From Candidatus Pantoea carbekii (lineage in GTDB: Bacteria > Pseudomonadota > Gammaproteobacteria > Enterobacterales > Enterobacteriaceae), in the NCBI RefSeq assembly GCF_000971765.1, contig NZ_CP010907.1:682338-714337 (forward strand): DNA of 32,000 nucleotides. Reading direction: 5' to 3'. How positions within the stretch are numbered: position 1 is the stretch's first letter; the number at the start of each line of letters is the position of its first letter. Of this stretch, positions 1 to 11,096 are shown one piece after another. The notes beneath the pieces are model-generated. The model searched no databases and was not told the DNA's origin. It saw only the letters and a list, made by a program, of their open reading frames with translations. The position numbers were made by a program, and so were the translations under genes.

Positions 1-13
1 TAATTTCGCCCAT
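1..13 (-). CDS. dppC: probable 5' stub of dppC (dipeptide ABC permease), cut by the window edge
   Basis: An ATG at 13..11 (minus) overlaps the dppB stop at 15..13 as TAATG and reads M-G-E-I before leaving the window. Only 4 codons are visible, so identity rests on the conserved dppABC order. Confidence 0.3.
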
Positions 14-1029
14 TACTTATAACGTATACGTGGATTAATCAAACCATACAAAAGATCAACTAATACGTTAAACAAGATAATAAGGATTGCTACAAGCAAC
101 ACGCCACTCTGTACTACAGGATAGTCACGGCGTTCAATCGATTCAAGAAGCCATCGACCAAGACCTGGCCATGAAAAAATAGTTTCAGTCAGAAGAGCAC
201 CTGTCAGTAAACTACCAGTTTGCAATCCTATCACTGTTACGACTGGCAATATTGCGTTACGCAATGCATGCACCATAATTACACGTCTCTGTGTTAATCC
301 TTTAGCACGAGCAGTGCGTATATAATCTTCATTTAATACTTCTAACATAGATGAACGTGTCATGCGTACGATTATCGCTAGTGGAATCGTTCCAAGTACA
401 ATAGTTGGTAAAATTAAATGCATTAATGCATCTTTAAAATCACCTAATTCACCCCAAAAAAGAGTATCTATTAACATAAAACCAGTAAGCGGCTTACTTT
501 CGTCAAGAAGAACAATATCGCTTATACGTCCAGAAACCGGAGTTAAATTAAATTTAACTGAAATTAGCATAATTAACATCATACCCCACCAGAAAATTGG
601 CATTGAGTAACCGGTTAAGGATATGCTGACAGCAATATGATCAAAAATTGAACCACGTTTTACTGCTGCTAATACACCTATCGGGATCCCAAGAATAATC
701 GCAAATAACATCGCAAAAATACTTAGCTCTACAGTAGCCTTAAAACGTGGAACGAACTCATCCCATACCGGCATATGACTTTTCAATGAAACACCAAGAT
801 TGCCGTGTAGTATTCCATTAATATAATTGATGTACTGTTTCCACAGAGGCTGATCTAAACCAAATTGTGCCATTAATTCAGCATGGTGCTCAGAAGATAT
901 ACCATGTTCTCCAATCATAATTAGCAAGGGATCGCCAGGAATGAAATGTACAAAAGCAAAGGTTAATAATGTAATACTAACCAATGTTGGGATCATCATT
1001 CCTAAACGTCGTAGCACAAAATATAGCAT
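13..1029 (-). CDS. dppB: dipeptide ABC transporter permease DppB
   Basis: The 338-aa ORF is collinear end to end with recalled E. coli DppB (MLQFILRRLGLVIPTF..FAFVHMIPGDP.., ..SWPGLGRWL.., C-terminus NPRIR). It lies directly downstream of dppA. Confidence 0.95.
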   Translation of the reverse strand: MLYFVLRRLGMMIPTLVSITLLTFAFVHFIPGDPLLIMIGEHGISSEHHAELMAQFGLDQPLWKQYINYINGILHGNLGVSLKSHMPVWDEFVPRFKATVELSIFAMLFAIILGIPIGVLAAVKRGSIFDHIAVSISLTGYSMPIFWWGMMLIMLISVKFNLTPVSGRISDIVLLDESKPLTGFMLIDTLFWGELGDFKDALMHLILPTIVLGTIPLAIIVRMTRSSMLEVLNEDYIRTARAKGLTQRRVIMVHALRNAILPVVTVIGLQTGSLLTGALLTETIFSWPGLGRWLLESIERRDYPVVQSGVLLVAILIILFNVLVDLLYGLINPRIRYK

Positions 1030-1211
1030 AGGCTAGATTCTCAATTATATATTGCAGTTATATACTGCAAATCTTATATATAAAGAAACGTATAGTACAT
1101 TGTCATTACAGATAGGTAATATGCAATTATAAGAAATGCATCAAGATAAGTTATCTTACAGATAACCATATTAAAAATGATTCAAAAATTTACCTATTAA
1201 TTATTTAAAAA

Positions 1212-2819
1212 TCATTTAATATCAACATATTGAAAGTAATGTTTTCCTAATGGATCAATTACATATCCTGTTACTTGCTTACTTACGGGTTCATATATAG
1301 TAGAATGAGCTATCATTAATGCTGGAACCTGATCATGCATGATAATTTGAGCTTGTCTATAAAGTTCAAGACGTGTATTTTGATTGGAAGTTCTTCGTGC
1401 TGATTGGATTAACTCTTCAAATGGCTTATAGCACCAATGAGAATAATTAGAACCATCTTTGGCTGCAGCACAGCTGAATAAGGTAGCAAAGAAATTATCT
1501 GGATCTCCATTGTCCCCAGTCCATCCCATCATTAATGCTTGATGTTTTCCAGCTTTTGCAAGCTTTAAATATTCTCCCCATTCAAATGTAACGATTTTGG
1601 TCGTAACTCCAATTTTAGCCCAATCAGCCTGTATCATTTCCGCCATACGTCGCGCATTTGGGTTATAAGGACGTTGTATAGGCATGGCCCATAAATCAAT
1701 AGAAAATCCCTTGGTTATACCTGCTTGTCTTAAGAGTGCTTTTGCTTTTTTAGGATTATATTGATAATCTTGGACGTCATCATTATAGCCCCATATGGTC
1801 GGAGGAATTAAGTTTTTTGCAACTTGTGCAGCGCCTTGATAAACAGCATCAATAATAGCCTGTTTATTTATAGCCATGCTTAATGCCTGACGTACCTTTA
1901 CATTATTTAACGGTGTTTTTGTAGTATTAAAAGATAGGTACCCTATATTCATGCCTGCTTGTTTTATTAAATTAATTTTTCTATTTTTTTTCATATTAAC
2001 AATATCGGCTGGATTAGGGTATGGCATAATTTGACACTCACCTTTCTGTAATTTAGCATAACGCACTGATGCATTTGGAGTAATAGAAAAAATTAGATGA
2101 TTAATTTTTGGCTTTGTACCCCAAAAATTCGGATTTGCTTTATAAACAATACGTGCATCTCTTTGGTATTGTTGTAATATAAAAGGACCAGTACCTACAG
2201 GATGGATATCAATTTCTTCTGGTGTGCCTAATTTTAACAAATTATCTGCATACTCTTTTGAAAGAATAGAGGCAAAATCCATACCAAGATCTGTTAGAAA
2301 AGGTGCTTCTGAACGAGTTAGTTCAAAACGAACAGTATAATCATCAATTTTTTCAATTTTCCTGATTAATTTAGGCATATCCATACTTTGAAAATATTCA
2401 TAACTACCACCAGAAATATTATGGTACATATGGTTTTTTTCTAATTGACGATTAAAAGAAAAAAGTACATCATCTGCATTAAAATCACGAGTTGGTTTGA
2501 AGTATTTAGTTGTTTGCCATTTTACATGCTTGCGTAAATAAAAAGTATAATTTTTACCATCTCTGCTAATATGCCACTTTTCTGCTAATCCAGGCTGTAG
2601 CTGTGTAGTACCAATTTTAAACTCAACGAGACGATTATAAATTTGTACTGAACTAGCATCATAAGTAGTACCCGATGCAAATAACTGTGGATTAAATCCT
2701 TCTGGCGAACTTTCTGAACAATAAACGAGAGTTTTTCCCTGGATGCTTGTAGAAAATATTATAGCTATTAGAGTAAGACTGATCTCTAATATCTTAAATT
2801 TAGCTAAGGAGTTAACCAT
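1212..2819 (-). CDS. dppA: periplasmic dipeptide-binding protein DppA
   Basis: The ORF matches recalled E. coli DppA along its full length (KTLVYCSE.SPEGFNPQLF.SGTTYDASS.., ..MMGWTGDNGDPDNFFATLFSCAA..). The track ORF starts at 2831. I prefer the ATG at 2819 because GGAG sits 6 nt upstream and it gives 535 aa with a 28-aa signal peptide, as in E. coli. Confidence 0.93.
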   Translation of the reverse strand: MVNSLAKFKILEISLTLIAIIFSTSIQGKTLVYCSESSPEGFNPQLFASGTTYDASSVQIYNRLVEFKIGTTQLQPGLAEKWHISRDGKNYTFYLRKHVKWQTTKYFKPTRDFNADDVLFSFNRQLEKNHMYHNISGGSYEYFQSMDMPKLIRKIEKIDDYTVRFELTRSEAPFLTDLGMDFASILSKEYADNLLKLGTPEEIDIHPVGTGPFILQQYQRDARIVYKANPNFWGTKPKINHLIFSITPNASVRYAKLQKGECQIMPYPNPADIVNMKKNRKINLIKQAGMNIGYLSFNTTKTPLNNVKVRQALSMAINKQAIIDAVYQGAAQVAKNLIPPTIWGYNDDVQDYQYNPKKAKALLRQAGITKGFSIDLWAMPIQRPYNPNARRMAEMIQADWAKIGVTTKIVTFEWGEYLKLAKAGKHQALMMGWTGDNGDPDNFFATLFSCAAAKDGSNYSHWCYKPFEELIQSARRTSNQNTRLELYRQAQIIMHDQVPALMIAHSTIYEPVSKQVTGYVIDPLGKHYFQYVDIK

Positions 2820-3479
2820 TTTTTTCTCCATTGATTAGTATGTATACAAGGCTCATCCAAAGTATTTCATTATATAAGTATTTTATTGTTAGCTTAATAG
2901 AATACTATTCTCTAGCAAACTATTTCATATATGCACGTGTAAATTTTTAAAATTCATTGAATTAACGAGTTAAATATATTTCCCAAATATTCATATAAAA
3001 ATTTCATTTCGACAAATTCAAATAAAGTTGTATACATCTACACTCTGAATAGAATTAAAAATCTAATAAACTATATAATTTATCATAAATGATGATTTAG
3101 ACAAATTTTCATAAATTATGTCAAAAAGTAATAAAATTAATCCTATATAATAAAGTTAAACATATTATATTATTGCATTTAATAGAGAGGATTATTAATT
3201 TACAATCAATCAAACATTAAAAAATAAATACGTTAATTATTATCATGTTCGAAAATTAATTACAAAATTTAAACTATGTATAGATAGAAAATATTTCTGA
3301 ACTACTTAATTATGCAAATACGAATTTTTCATAAAATGACAATATACAGGCAAAAAGATCTCATAAAACAATATAAAGCAGATTGCATTAATATAGTATT
3401 ATATAGATACATTTCAATATTACGTAAACATAAAACTATAAGTAGTACGTAAGCAATATTTTAAACTGAAAGTTTACAT

Positions 3480-3504
3480 ATACATACTATTTCATAGTAT
3501 GTAT
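3480..3504. repeat. perfect 11-bp inverted repeat with a 3-nt loop in the dppA/virK spacer
   Basis: ATACATACTAT-TTC-ATAGTATGTAT, followed on the + strand by TTTATT. The stem is AT-rich (2 GC pairs). Function is unknown; it could be a weak terminator or a chance palindrome. Confidence 0.5.
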
Positions 3505-3811
3505 TTTATTCTCTGTAATAAATATTTTTAACATCTTATTCTAATTATATTAGTGTATAAATATAAAAACATATTTCGAAAATTGAATAATATGCTAAAA
3601 ACAATATGAAATATTAAGTATAATTATACGGTTTTAATATAAAGTGGTCGTATATAATTTTTATAGCAATTTTAAAAACATTAAACATCCAAACACCTTC
3701 TAGGCGATTATTAAATAAGCATTGTATTAATATTAAATATCTTCTAATATTAATAATTTCTTTGAAGAAAGATATTTTAATTGTAGAACGTGCTCTGTGA
3801 GAGCATATCAT

Positions 3812-4750
3812 TTACATACTTGCCTGATAAATTTGTTTAGTTAAGTTGTCCAATAATGTATATCTACGTCGATACTCAGCTCGTTTCTTGCTAGCAATTG
3901 TTTTTAAATCTTTACGTACCATACATAATGGCAATTTAAAAAGACCATCATTTTGAATTTCACCACCTAATGAAAGCCAAAAATCACTGTAACTAGCAAA
4001 TAATTTATCTCTTTTGCTATAGCGATAACGTAAACTATGAAACACATGCACAGTATCACTAACACCTACAATGTTTCGAACTTTGCATAGTGCCGCTAAA
4101 ATAAATATAACCTCCATTAGTAAGCGCTTTGGAAATAAACCATGCAAGGATTTAGTTGCAGTACGAATTACTGTATTAGAAATGTTTTTTCGAGGTCCCT
4201 GTAAGCCTCCAATTACTATAGTCCATTCCTGATTTTTTCGTAGAATAATAGAAAATGAAAGCGAAGTAATTAATTCTCCCTCAAATTGCAAATATAACAT
4301 AATTTCGCCTTCCCGCTCAAAAAGTCCAGGACAAAAATTAATTGAAAATTTTTCACCATTTTTACCATCAAAATTGGCTAACATAACGTCATCCTGATTT
4401 TGTAAAAGCTGACGTAACTTACAATTATCTAATTTATCGATAAAGGTATAATGGTCAATAATTGCTTGTGCACGTTGCACCATACTTAAACCAATATGCA
4501 GATAAGGACGATGCGGTTTTAATACTAACAAACCTTGTACAACTAGTAACTCATGTAGCATAGGTAATTTTGCTAATTTCTTAAAATAATTTATGTTAAC
4601 AACAGGAAAAACTATAAATCTTAAAAGAAATTTAATACGAAATTTTTTACTTTTCCATAAATTATGTGGTCTAAATTTACCACTTATTAAAGATAAACAT
4701 ATTGATAATAAAGAGCTATTTTTATTAAAATGTATTTTAATAGTAGACAT
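3812..4750 (-). CDS. ybjX: VirK/YbjX family protein (DUF535)
   Basis: The 312-aa ORF carries motifs I associate with the VirK/YbjX family: GKFRPHNLWKSKKFRIKFLLR, KPHRPYL, FEREGEIML, IGGLQGP, TKSLHGLFPKRLL, YSDFWLSLGG and a C-terminal IASKKRAEYRRRYTLLD. Family membership is recalled from memory, not searched. Whether it is the virK or the ybjX paralog is uncertain. Confidence 0.7.
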   Translation of the reverse strand: MSTIKIHFNKNSSLLSICLSLISGKFRPHNLWKSKKFRIKFLLRFIVFPVVNINYFKKLAKLPMLHELLVVQGLLVLKPHRPYLHIGLSMVQRAQAIIDHYTFIDKLDNCKLRQLLQNQDDVMLANFDGKNGEKFSINFCPGLFEREGEIMLYLQFEGELITSLSFSIILRKNQEWTIVIGGLQGPRKNISNTVIRTATKSLHGLFPKRLLMEVIFILAALCKVRNIVGVSDTVHVFHSLRYRYSKRDKLFASYSDFWLSLGGEIQNDGLFKLPLCMVRKDLKTIASKKRAEYRRRYTLLDNLTKQIYQASM

Positions 4751-4879
4751 ATTTATCTTCAGCTATATGAATCATCATGCAAATTGCTATATAGACATAG
4801 TTAGCAATAGTAAATTAATCAATAAGATCTTGAAATAATCAGTAAGACAAATCTAAATTAAGCATTTAGAATGCACAGA

Positions 4880-4914
4880 AAATAAACAAGAAAACCGATG
4901 AAAATCACCGGTTT
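4880..4914 (-). terminator. rho-independent terminator of sodA
   Basis: On the minus strand, 30 nt after the sodA stop, AAACCGGTGA-TTT-TCATCGGTTT forms a 10-bp stem with one G.U pair. It is followed by TCTTGTTTATT, so the U-tract reads UUUUCUUGUUUAUU. Confidence 0.65.
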
Positions 4915-4944
4915 CATATTATCATCAAATTATAACTTAATTAA

Positions 4945-5565
4945 TTATTTAATATAATTAAAACGTACTGTTGCTTCATCCCAGTTGACAACGTTCCAAA
5001 ATGCTTTAATGTAATCAATGCGCTTATTTTGATACTTTAAATAGTATGCATGTTCCCAAACATCTAAACCCAAAATAGGATACCCTGATACATTAACAAT
5101 CGATTGCCCCATAAGCGGGTTATCCTGATTAGCAGTAGAGGTTACAGCTAACTTACCATTATTTTGTTTAATCAACCAAGCCCATCCTGAACCAAAACGA
5201 GTTGTTGCTTCATTTTCAAAAGTCTGTTGAAAATTTTGCACACTCCCAAAATCGTTTTCGATAGCGTTTTTAAGTTCTCCGCATAGAAAAGTACCAATTT
5301 TTAAACTTTTCCAAAATAAACTATGATTAGCATGACCACCAGCATTATTGCGTATAGTATTTCTTTTATCTGCTGGCAATTCAGATAGTTTAGTAATGAG
5401 CTCATCCACAGGTAGATTTTGGAAATTCATATCTTGCAAAGCAATATTAGTATTATTAATATACGTTTGGTGATGTTTGGTATGATGGATTTCCATAGTT
5501 TGTTTGTCAAAATACGGCTCTAACGCATCATATGCGTAAGGTAGCGATGGCAGTGAATAACTCAT
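4945..5565 (-). CDS. sodA: manganese superoxide dismutase SodA
   Basis: The 206-aa ORF is near-identical in pattern to E. coli SodA ([65 protein letters not shown]). Confidence 0.97.
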   Translation of the reverse strand: MSYSLPSLPYAYDALEPYFDKQTMEIHHTKHHQTYINNTNIALQDMNFQNLPVDELITKLSELPADKRNTIRNNAGGHANHSLFWKSLKIGTFLCGELKNAIENDFGSVQNFQQTFENEATTRFGSGWAWLIKQNNGKLAVTSTANQDNPLMGQSIVNVSGYPILGLDVWEHAYYLKYQNKRIDYIKAFWNVVNWDEATVRFNYIK

Positions 5566-5636
5566 ATTTTCCCTCTTGGATTAGTATTAATTACTAACAT
5601 TCATCTAGTTACTACTTTGAACGTTTCTAATCAAAG

Positions 5637-5654
5637 TATGGTTAATTAACCATA
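5637..5654. repeat. perfect 18-bp palindrome 72-89 nt upstream of the sodA start
   Basis: TATGGTTAATTAACCATA equals its own reverse complement. It could be a dimeric-regulator operator. No known consensus is assigned. Confidence 0.6.
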
Positions 5655-6325
5655 TTAAATAAATTCATGATTTTCATTAATTTATTAATAAATTATCTAA
5701 TTATTGATCAATAAATTTTTAATTAAATTACGTCAAAATAACATTTTATCTATTTTTAATACTTAAAAAATAGTCATGGTATTTTGATAAGTAACTTATA
5801 ATTAAATAATAATTTGATATTATTAAAATTTATTTTTAAAATGCACACCTATATTAATAAGTTATTGTTTTATATTAAATATGAATTGATCATATGAATA
5901 AATTATAAAAAATACTAAAGATAAAACTGTATATAGAATATTACATTATTAATCACAAGTTTTTCTATTAAAATAACTCTAAAATGTTTGCATAGCACTT
6001 TATAAGTTTCATAATATAAAATCTAACAAATAAACAACGATATATAAACCGAATATTATTCATGACGTTAGTTATACTTTCAACAAAATTACATACGATA
6101 TAATTATATGATATTATAAACAATTTTTTAAAATTAGCATAAATTGTAATTTCGATATCTTAGTTTTCTACTTCAATATGCCATGAAATAGTTTCATCAG
6201 ATGGAATTTAAATTACATTTTTTAGAAAGATTATTGAATTAACATAAATTTAAATATAAAATAATAAAGAGATCAATGCAAATTCTTTAAACATTTATTA
6301 TAGTGATTATTACTCAAATAAAGTC

Positions 6326-6341
6326 CTGCTTAATCAAGCAG
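6326..6341 (-). terminator. candidate weak terminator downstream of fdhD
   Basis: CTGCTT-(4 nt)-AAGCAG forms a 6-bp stem. On the minus strand it is followed by GACTTTATTTGAG. It lies about 155 nt after the fdhD stop, and both stem and U-tract are modest. Confidence 0.25.
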
Positions 6342-6496
6342 TCAGCAATACTTGACCAAAAGACGCTTAATGATATTAACTATAGCAAAAAATTTACTAT
6401 TTAACGATATAATTTACTTAATAAAAAATTTAAATAAAATATCGCTAAACAAGTTATATTCCGTTCCTGTTAATTATCAGTATAATATGTGCTATT

Positions 6497-7324
6497 CTAA
6501 AGAATCCTTTCTGGATGAGTATAAATGGTAGCACGACCAAGTTTGCTAAAACCTATCAAAGAAACATTGAAACGTTTAGCTATATCCACTGCAAGACAAG
6601 TAACGGCGGATACTACAAATAAAATCTCTACACCACACATAGCTGATTTATAAACTATTTCATAACTAGCTCGACTAGACAGTAATACAGCACCTTTATA
6701 CCACATATTTTTACTGCAATATCCTAGTAACTTATCTAATGCTACATGACGACCTACATCTTCAAATGCTACTAATAAATTACCTTCAGGTGACATCCAT
6801 GCTGCTATATGTGTACAACCTGTAATATTGCCAATCAACTGATAATCTCGTAACTGTGCTAACCCTATATCAACATTAGCTAAATTAAAATTTTGAGTAA
6901 ATGCTAAAGGTTTTATATATTTATCAATCTGATCTAATTGCTCAATGCCACACAATCCACAACTAGTACGTCCAAACATTGTACGGCGCTGTTTTTTTAA
7001 GGCAATAAAACAACGACTGGATAACTCAATTTTCACTTCAATACCTTTACATACTAATACGACATCGATACCGAAAATATCACTAGGAGATGCGATAATC
7101 CCTTCTGATAGCGAAAATCCAAGAGCAAAAATTTCTAAATCATTAGGTGTCGCCATTATTACTACATGAGAAATACCATTGTATATCAATGCGATTGGTA
7201 TTTCTTCTGCTAACCAATCTACTGTTCTTTTATTAAGATTATGACGTTTCCAGACTGAAACTTTTTGCATGCCAATAATTGTTGTATAATCAATTTTCTG
7301 AATATTTCGCTCTTTTTTTTCCAC
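6497..7324 (-). CDS. fdhD: formate dehydrogenase accessory sulfurtransferase FdhD
   Basis: The 275-aa ORF is collinear with recalled E. coli FdhD (..[31 protein letters not shown].., [54 protein letters not shown]). The start codon at 7324..7322 is GTG. Confidence 0.92.
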   Translation of the reverse strand: MEKKERNIQKIDYTTIIGMQKVSVWKRHNLNKRTVDWLAEEIPIALIYNGISHVVIMATPNDLEIFALGFSLSEGIIASPSDIFGIDVVLVCKGIEVKIELSSRCFIALKKQRRTMFGRTSCGLCGIEQLDQIDKYIKPLAFTQNFNLANVDIGLAQLRDYQLIGNITGCTHIAAWMSPEGNLLVAFEDVGRHVALDKLLGYCSKNMWYKGAVLLSSRASYEIVYKSAMCGVEILFVVSAVTCLAVDIAKRFNVSLIGFSKLGRATIYTHPERIL

Positions 7325-7820
7325 TTTTTTTTATCCAAACTAGTATTAAACAAGCTACTCTATCATCTAAAAATATTTCTATATTTGCTTATATAATTCT
7401 ATGGAATTAACTATTCAGTGTAGATACCATAACATTTATATTTTCATTTTAAATTAGAGGATAAAAGATTTATCTTTTAGAATAATAGATCTGTTATTTA
7501 ACAAATCAGTTATATTGTATTAATAAATTTTTATTTACTAATGAATCTTAATTCACATTTATTGTAGATATAAATGCATAAAAATTTTTAAATATATATG
7601 AATTAATATATTATAGTATTGCAGTAATATTTAGAATACCATTAAGAAAAAATTTTTACTACGTGCGCAATTTTTTCATTATCTTAATTTAATATAAGTT
7701 AAATATACTTTAACTATATTTGATATTTAAACAGTATTAGAGTAAAAAATAATTTTATTGTTAATACTAAAATATAATGCTGTAAACGTTATTTAAAACT
7801 AATTTTTATTTACTCTAATT

Positions 7821-7839
7821 AAAATGAACGTTTCATTTT
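7821..7839 (-). terminator. candidate weak terminator after glyS
   Basis: On the minus strand, about 33 nt after the glyS stop, AAAATGAA-ACG-TTCATTTT forms a perfect 8-bp stem with only one GC pair. The U-run is part of the stem and is followed by AAUU. Confidence 0.25.
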
Positions 7840-7872
7840 CTGCATTGTAATGCGATCTGTATTTAATGCTGA

Positions 7873-9945
7873 CTATAAAATTGAAATATCTGCGATCTGT
7901 AAAAACAAATCACGTATTTTCGCTAGTAATGTTAAACGATTGATTCGTATATTAGAATCATCTGTATTAACCATAACGTTATTAAAAAAATTATTTATTG
8001 GGTCAACCAATTTTGCTAGTTCAATTAATGCTTCCATATAACATCCTTTTTCAAAATGAGGTTGAAGTTTTTCATTTAGCACAGTAATAAAATTAGCTAG
8101 TTGAATTTCAGCATTTTCTTTTAAAAGAGCAATTTGTATATTATCATTTAATCGATCAGATAATTTTGACTTTGCTAAAATGTTAGAAATTCTTTTATTA
8201 GCAATAACCAATAAGTTCCATTCTTTTAAAAAATACAATTGAGATATTGCTTTTACACGTGCATCAAAGTCTGCTGGGCGAGTTGGCCGACATACCATTA
8301 CTGCTTGAATAATAGTGATTTCATAACCTTTTTGCTGATACCAAGTATAGAAACGGCCCAATATAAAATCAATGATTTTATTTACAATGTTCACATTATT
8401 AATTTTAGCACCATAAAGACGTACCGCTTCTTCTGTTAATGTTTGTAGATCTAAAGGTAGCCGTTTTTCAACAATAATACGTAGTACACCAAGAGCAGAA
8501 CGACGTAGTGCAAACGGATCCTTGTCACCTTTGGGCGGCTGGTTAACCCCAAAAATACCTGCTAAAGTATCTATTTTATCAGCAATCGCTACAGCACAGG
8601 AGACAAGGTTAGCAGGTACATTATCACCCGAAAAACGTGGTTGATAATGTTCGTTAATAGCTACAGCTACATCTTCTACTTCGCCATCACAGCGTGCATA
8701 ATGCATGCCTATAATACCTTGCATATCAGTGAATTCACAAACCATATTAGTTACTAAATCACATTTAGAAAGCAATGCAGCGCGCGCAGCATGATTAACG
8801 TTAGCTCCAATTTTAATAGCTATCCACTTTGCTAATGCTATAATACGGGAAGTTTTTTCACGTAATGTACCTAATTCTTTTTGAAATAAAATATTTTTTA
8901 AATTCTTTAAATTATCTTCTAGACTTTGTTTTCGATCTGTATTAAAGAAAAATTTTGCATCAGAAAAACGTGCACGCACTACTTTTTCATTCCCTTTAAT
9001 TACTTGTTTAACATCTTTCGATTCAATGTTAGCAACAAAAATAAAATATGGTAATAAGTGACCATCGTGAGAATATATAGGAAAATATTTTTGATCAACT
9101 TTCATAGTGTAAACTAAAGCTTCAGTTGGTACACTTAAAAACTTCTCTTCAAATTTTGCTCTCAATACTACTGGCCACTCTACTAACGAAGTGACTTCTT
9201 CTAATAAATTATCACTCAGATCAACATTGCCATTTAATTGATATGCTATTATTTCAGCAGTTTTTTTAATTTCAGATTTACGTAAATTATAATCAGCAAT
9301 TACTTTACCACGTTCTAATAAAATTTGAGGATATTGATCAGCATGTTCAAGAATCAGTTTTTGTTTACCCATAAAACGGTGGCCGTAAATTACACGATTG
9401 GATTGAACACCTAAGATAGTTGCAGGAATTAACGCATCGTTCAGTAATAATGTCACGGTATGAATTGGCCGAACAAATTGTATGTCACTCGTACCCCATC
9501 GCATTAATTTTGGAATTGGCAATTTACTTAATGCAGTAGCTACTATCCCTGGTAAGAGAGATTGAGCTTGTTGACCTTTTATAAATGTATGGTAAGCAAG
9601 ATATTCTCCTTTTTTATCATTAAAACATTTAGCTTGATTAAGTGTTATCCCATTACGACATGCCCATGCATGAGCTTCTTTAGTAGCTATACCATTAGAA
9701 TCAAAAGCTTTGGAAATAGGCGGACCTCTATTTTCAATTTCGCGATCTAACTGCATAGTAGCAAGATGAGCTACTTTAAGAGCTAAACGACGTGGCGTGG
9801 CAAACCAATTTACTTTTCTATAAGCAAGACCAGCATTATTTAAACCAACAGAAAGGCGTGTAGCAAAAGCTTCTGCTAAGCTACGTAGTACTTTCGGTGG
9901 TAATTCTTCAGTACCAATTTCCACCAAAAAAGTTTTTTCATTCAT
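7873..9945 (-). CDS. glyS: glycine--tRNA ligase beta subunit
   Basis: The 690-aa ORF is collinear with E. coli GlyS ([74 protein letters not shown]). It starts 9 nt after glyQ. Confidence 0.97.
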   Translation of the reverse strand: MNEKTFLVEIGTEELPPKVLRSLAEAFATRLSVGLNNAGLAYRKVNWFATPRRLALKVAHLATMQLDREIENRGPPISKAFDSNGIATKEAHAWACRNGITLNQAKCFNDKKGEYLAYHTFIKGQQAQSLLPGIVATALSKLPIPKLMRWGTSDIQFVRPIHTVTLLLNDALIPATILGVQSNRVIYGHRFMGKQKLILEHADQYPQILLERGKVIADYNLRKSEIKKTAEIIAYQLNGNVDLSDNLLEEVTSLVEWPVVLRAKFEEKFLSVPTEALVYTMKVDQKYFPIYSHDGHLLPYFIFVANIESKDVKQVIKGNEKVVRARFSDAKFFFNTDRKQSLEDNLKNLKNILFQKELGTLREKTSRIIALAKWIAIKIGANVNHAARAALLSKCDLVTNMVCEFTDMQGIIGMHYARCDGEVEDVAVAINEHYQPRFSGDNVPANLVSCAVAIADKIDTLAGIFGVNQPPKGDKDPFALRRSALGVLRIIVEKRLPLDLQTLTEEAVRLYGAKINNVNIVNKIIDFILGRFYTWYQQKGYEITIIQAVMVCRPTRPADFDARVKAISQLYFLKEWNLLVIANKRISNILAKSKLSDRLNDNIQIALLKENAEIQLANFITVLNEKLQPHFEKGCYMEALIELAKLVDPINNFFNNVMVNTDDSNIRINRLTLLAKIRDLFLQIADISIL

Positions 9946-9954
9946 AGTTACTCT

Positions 9955-10866
9955 TTACTTATTTCTATTGCACATGGGAAATCCAAGTGCTTTACGTGAG
10001 GCATAATAAGTTTCGGCAACAGCTTTCATTAAAGTACGAATACGTAAAATATAACGTTGACGTTCAGTCACTGAGATAGCTTGACGCGCATCTAGCAAAT
10101 TAAAGTTATGGGTAGCTTTTAAAATACATGCATAAGCAGGTGCCAACAAAGGTTTTTCGAAAGCTAATAGTTGTTTAATTTCTTTTTCGTAATGTTCGAA
10201 AGAACTAAAGAGAAAATCTAAATCTACACATTCAAAATTATAAGTTGATTGTTCTACTTCATCCTGAAAGAATAACTCTCCATAGGTGATTCGACCCAAT
10301 GCACTATTACTCCAAATTAAATCATACACACTATTTACACCTTGAATATACATAGCTAACCGTTCCAAACCATAAGTGATCTCACCGGTTATTGGTTTAC
10401 ATTCAAGTCCACCTACTTGTTGAAAATAAGTGAACTGAGTTATTTCCATGCCATTTAACCGTACTTCCCAACCAAGTCCCCAAGCACCCAAGGTTACACT
10501 TTCCCAATTATCTTCCAAAAAACGGATATCATGGATTGTTGGATCAATACCTAATGCTTTCAAAGATCCAAGATACAAATCTTGTATATCATGGGGTGAT
10601 GGTTTAATAATTACTTGGAATTGATAGTAATGCTGTAAACGATTTGGATTTGCACCGTAACGACCATCAGTAGGGCGACGTGAGGGCTGTACATAAGCAG
10701 CGGCAATTGGTTCCGGTCCTAATACACGTAAGCAAGTGATGGGATGAAAAGTGCCAGCACCTATTTCCATATCAAATGGTTGAACAATGATACATCCTTG
10801 ACGTGCCCAATAATTTTGTAAAATCCAGATTAATCCTTGGAAAGTCTCACGATCAAATTTTTGCAT
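9955..10866 (-). CDS. glyQ: glycine--tRNA ligase alpha subunit
   Basis: The 303-aa ORF has the same length as E. coli GlyQ and matches it closely ([65 protein letters not shown]). Confidence 0.97.
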   Translation of the reverse strand: MQKFDRETFQGLIWILQNYWARQGCIIVQPFDMEIGAGTFHPITCLRVLGPEPIAAAYVQPSRRPTDGRYGANPNRLQHYYQFQVIIKPSPHDIQDLYLGSLKALGIDPTIHDIRFLEDNWESVTLGAWGLGWEVRLNGMEITQFTYFQQVGGLECKPITGEITYGLERLAMYIQGVNSVYDLIWSNSALGRITYGELFFQDEVEQSTYNFECVDLDFLFSSFEHYEKEIKQLLAFEKPLLAPAYACILKATHNFNLLDARQAISVTERQRYILRIRTLMKAVAETYYASRKALGFPMCNRNK

Positions 10867-11052
10867 GTTATAGTTGCACGCGATACAATTGAATAAAAAG
10901 TGTATAATATTATACCTTCTGAGTACAGATTGTGCAGCTAGAAATTATAATTTTATGTAGCTATCGTTACAAATATATTACATATGTAGTTAGCAATAAA
11001 AAATAGAATAATGTTTATTGTAAATTTATTTCTTATGAGATGATAAAATTTT

Positions 11053-11096
11053 TATGATTATATACTATATTATTGATATATAATCATATTTTTTTG
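11053..11096 (+). terminator. orphan intrinsic-terminator-like hairpin plus T7 run on the + strand
   Basis: TATGATTATATA-(12 nt)-TATATAATCATA has perfect 12-bp arms and is immediately followed by TTTTTTT (11089..11095). No + strand gene lies upstream of it in the glyQ/dnaC spacer. Confidence 0.35.

Noticed and set aside
3614-3811. A 65-aa ORF whose ATG directly abuts the virK-like stop (TAAATG), which suggests translational coupling.
   Set aside because: The peptide (MICSHRARSTIKISFFKEIINIRRYL...) has typical AT-rich composition and no motif I recognise, and no SD is visible. It lies at the edge of a 1-kb decayed spacer. It may be a relic or a chance ORF. It is worth a blastp search but not supportable as a gene.
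4751-4880. A possible PhoP box (TGTCTT-5 nt-TTATTT) upstream of the virK-like gene.
   Set aside because: It matches only about 7/12 positions of the (T/G)GTTTA direct-repeat consensus in AT-rich DNA, which is indistinguishable from chance.
5663-5681. A Fur-box-like sequence ATTCATGATTTTCATTAAT upstream of sodA.
   Set aside because: It matches only about 12/19 positions of GATAATGATAATCATTATC. In DNA that is about 75 percent A+T, that is close to chance for an AT-rich consensus. I cannot claim Fur regulation.
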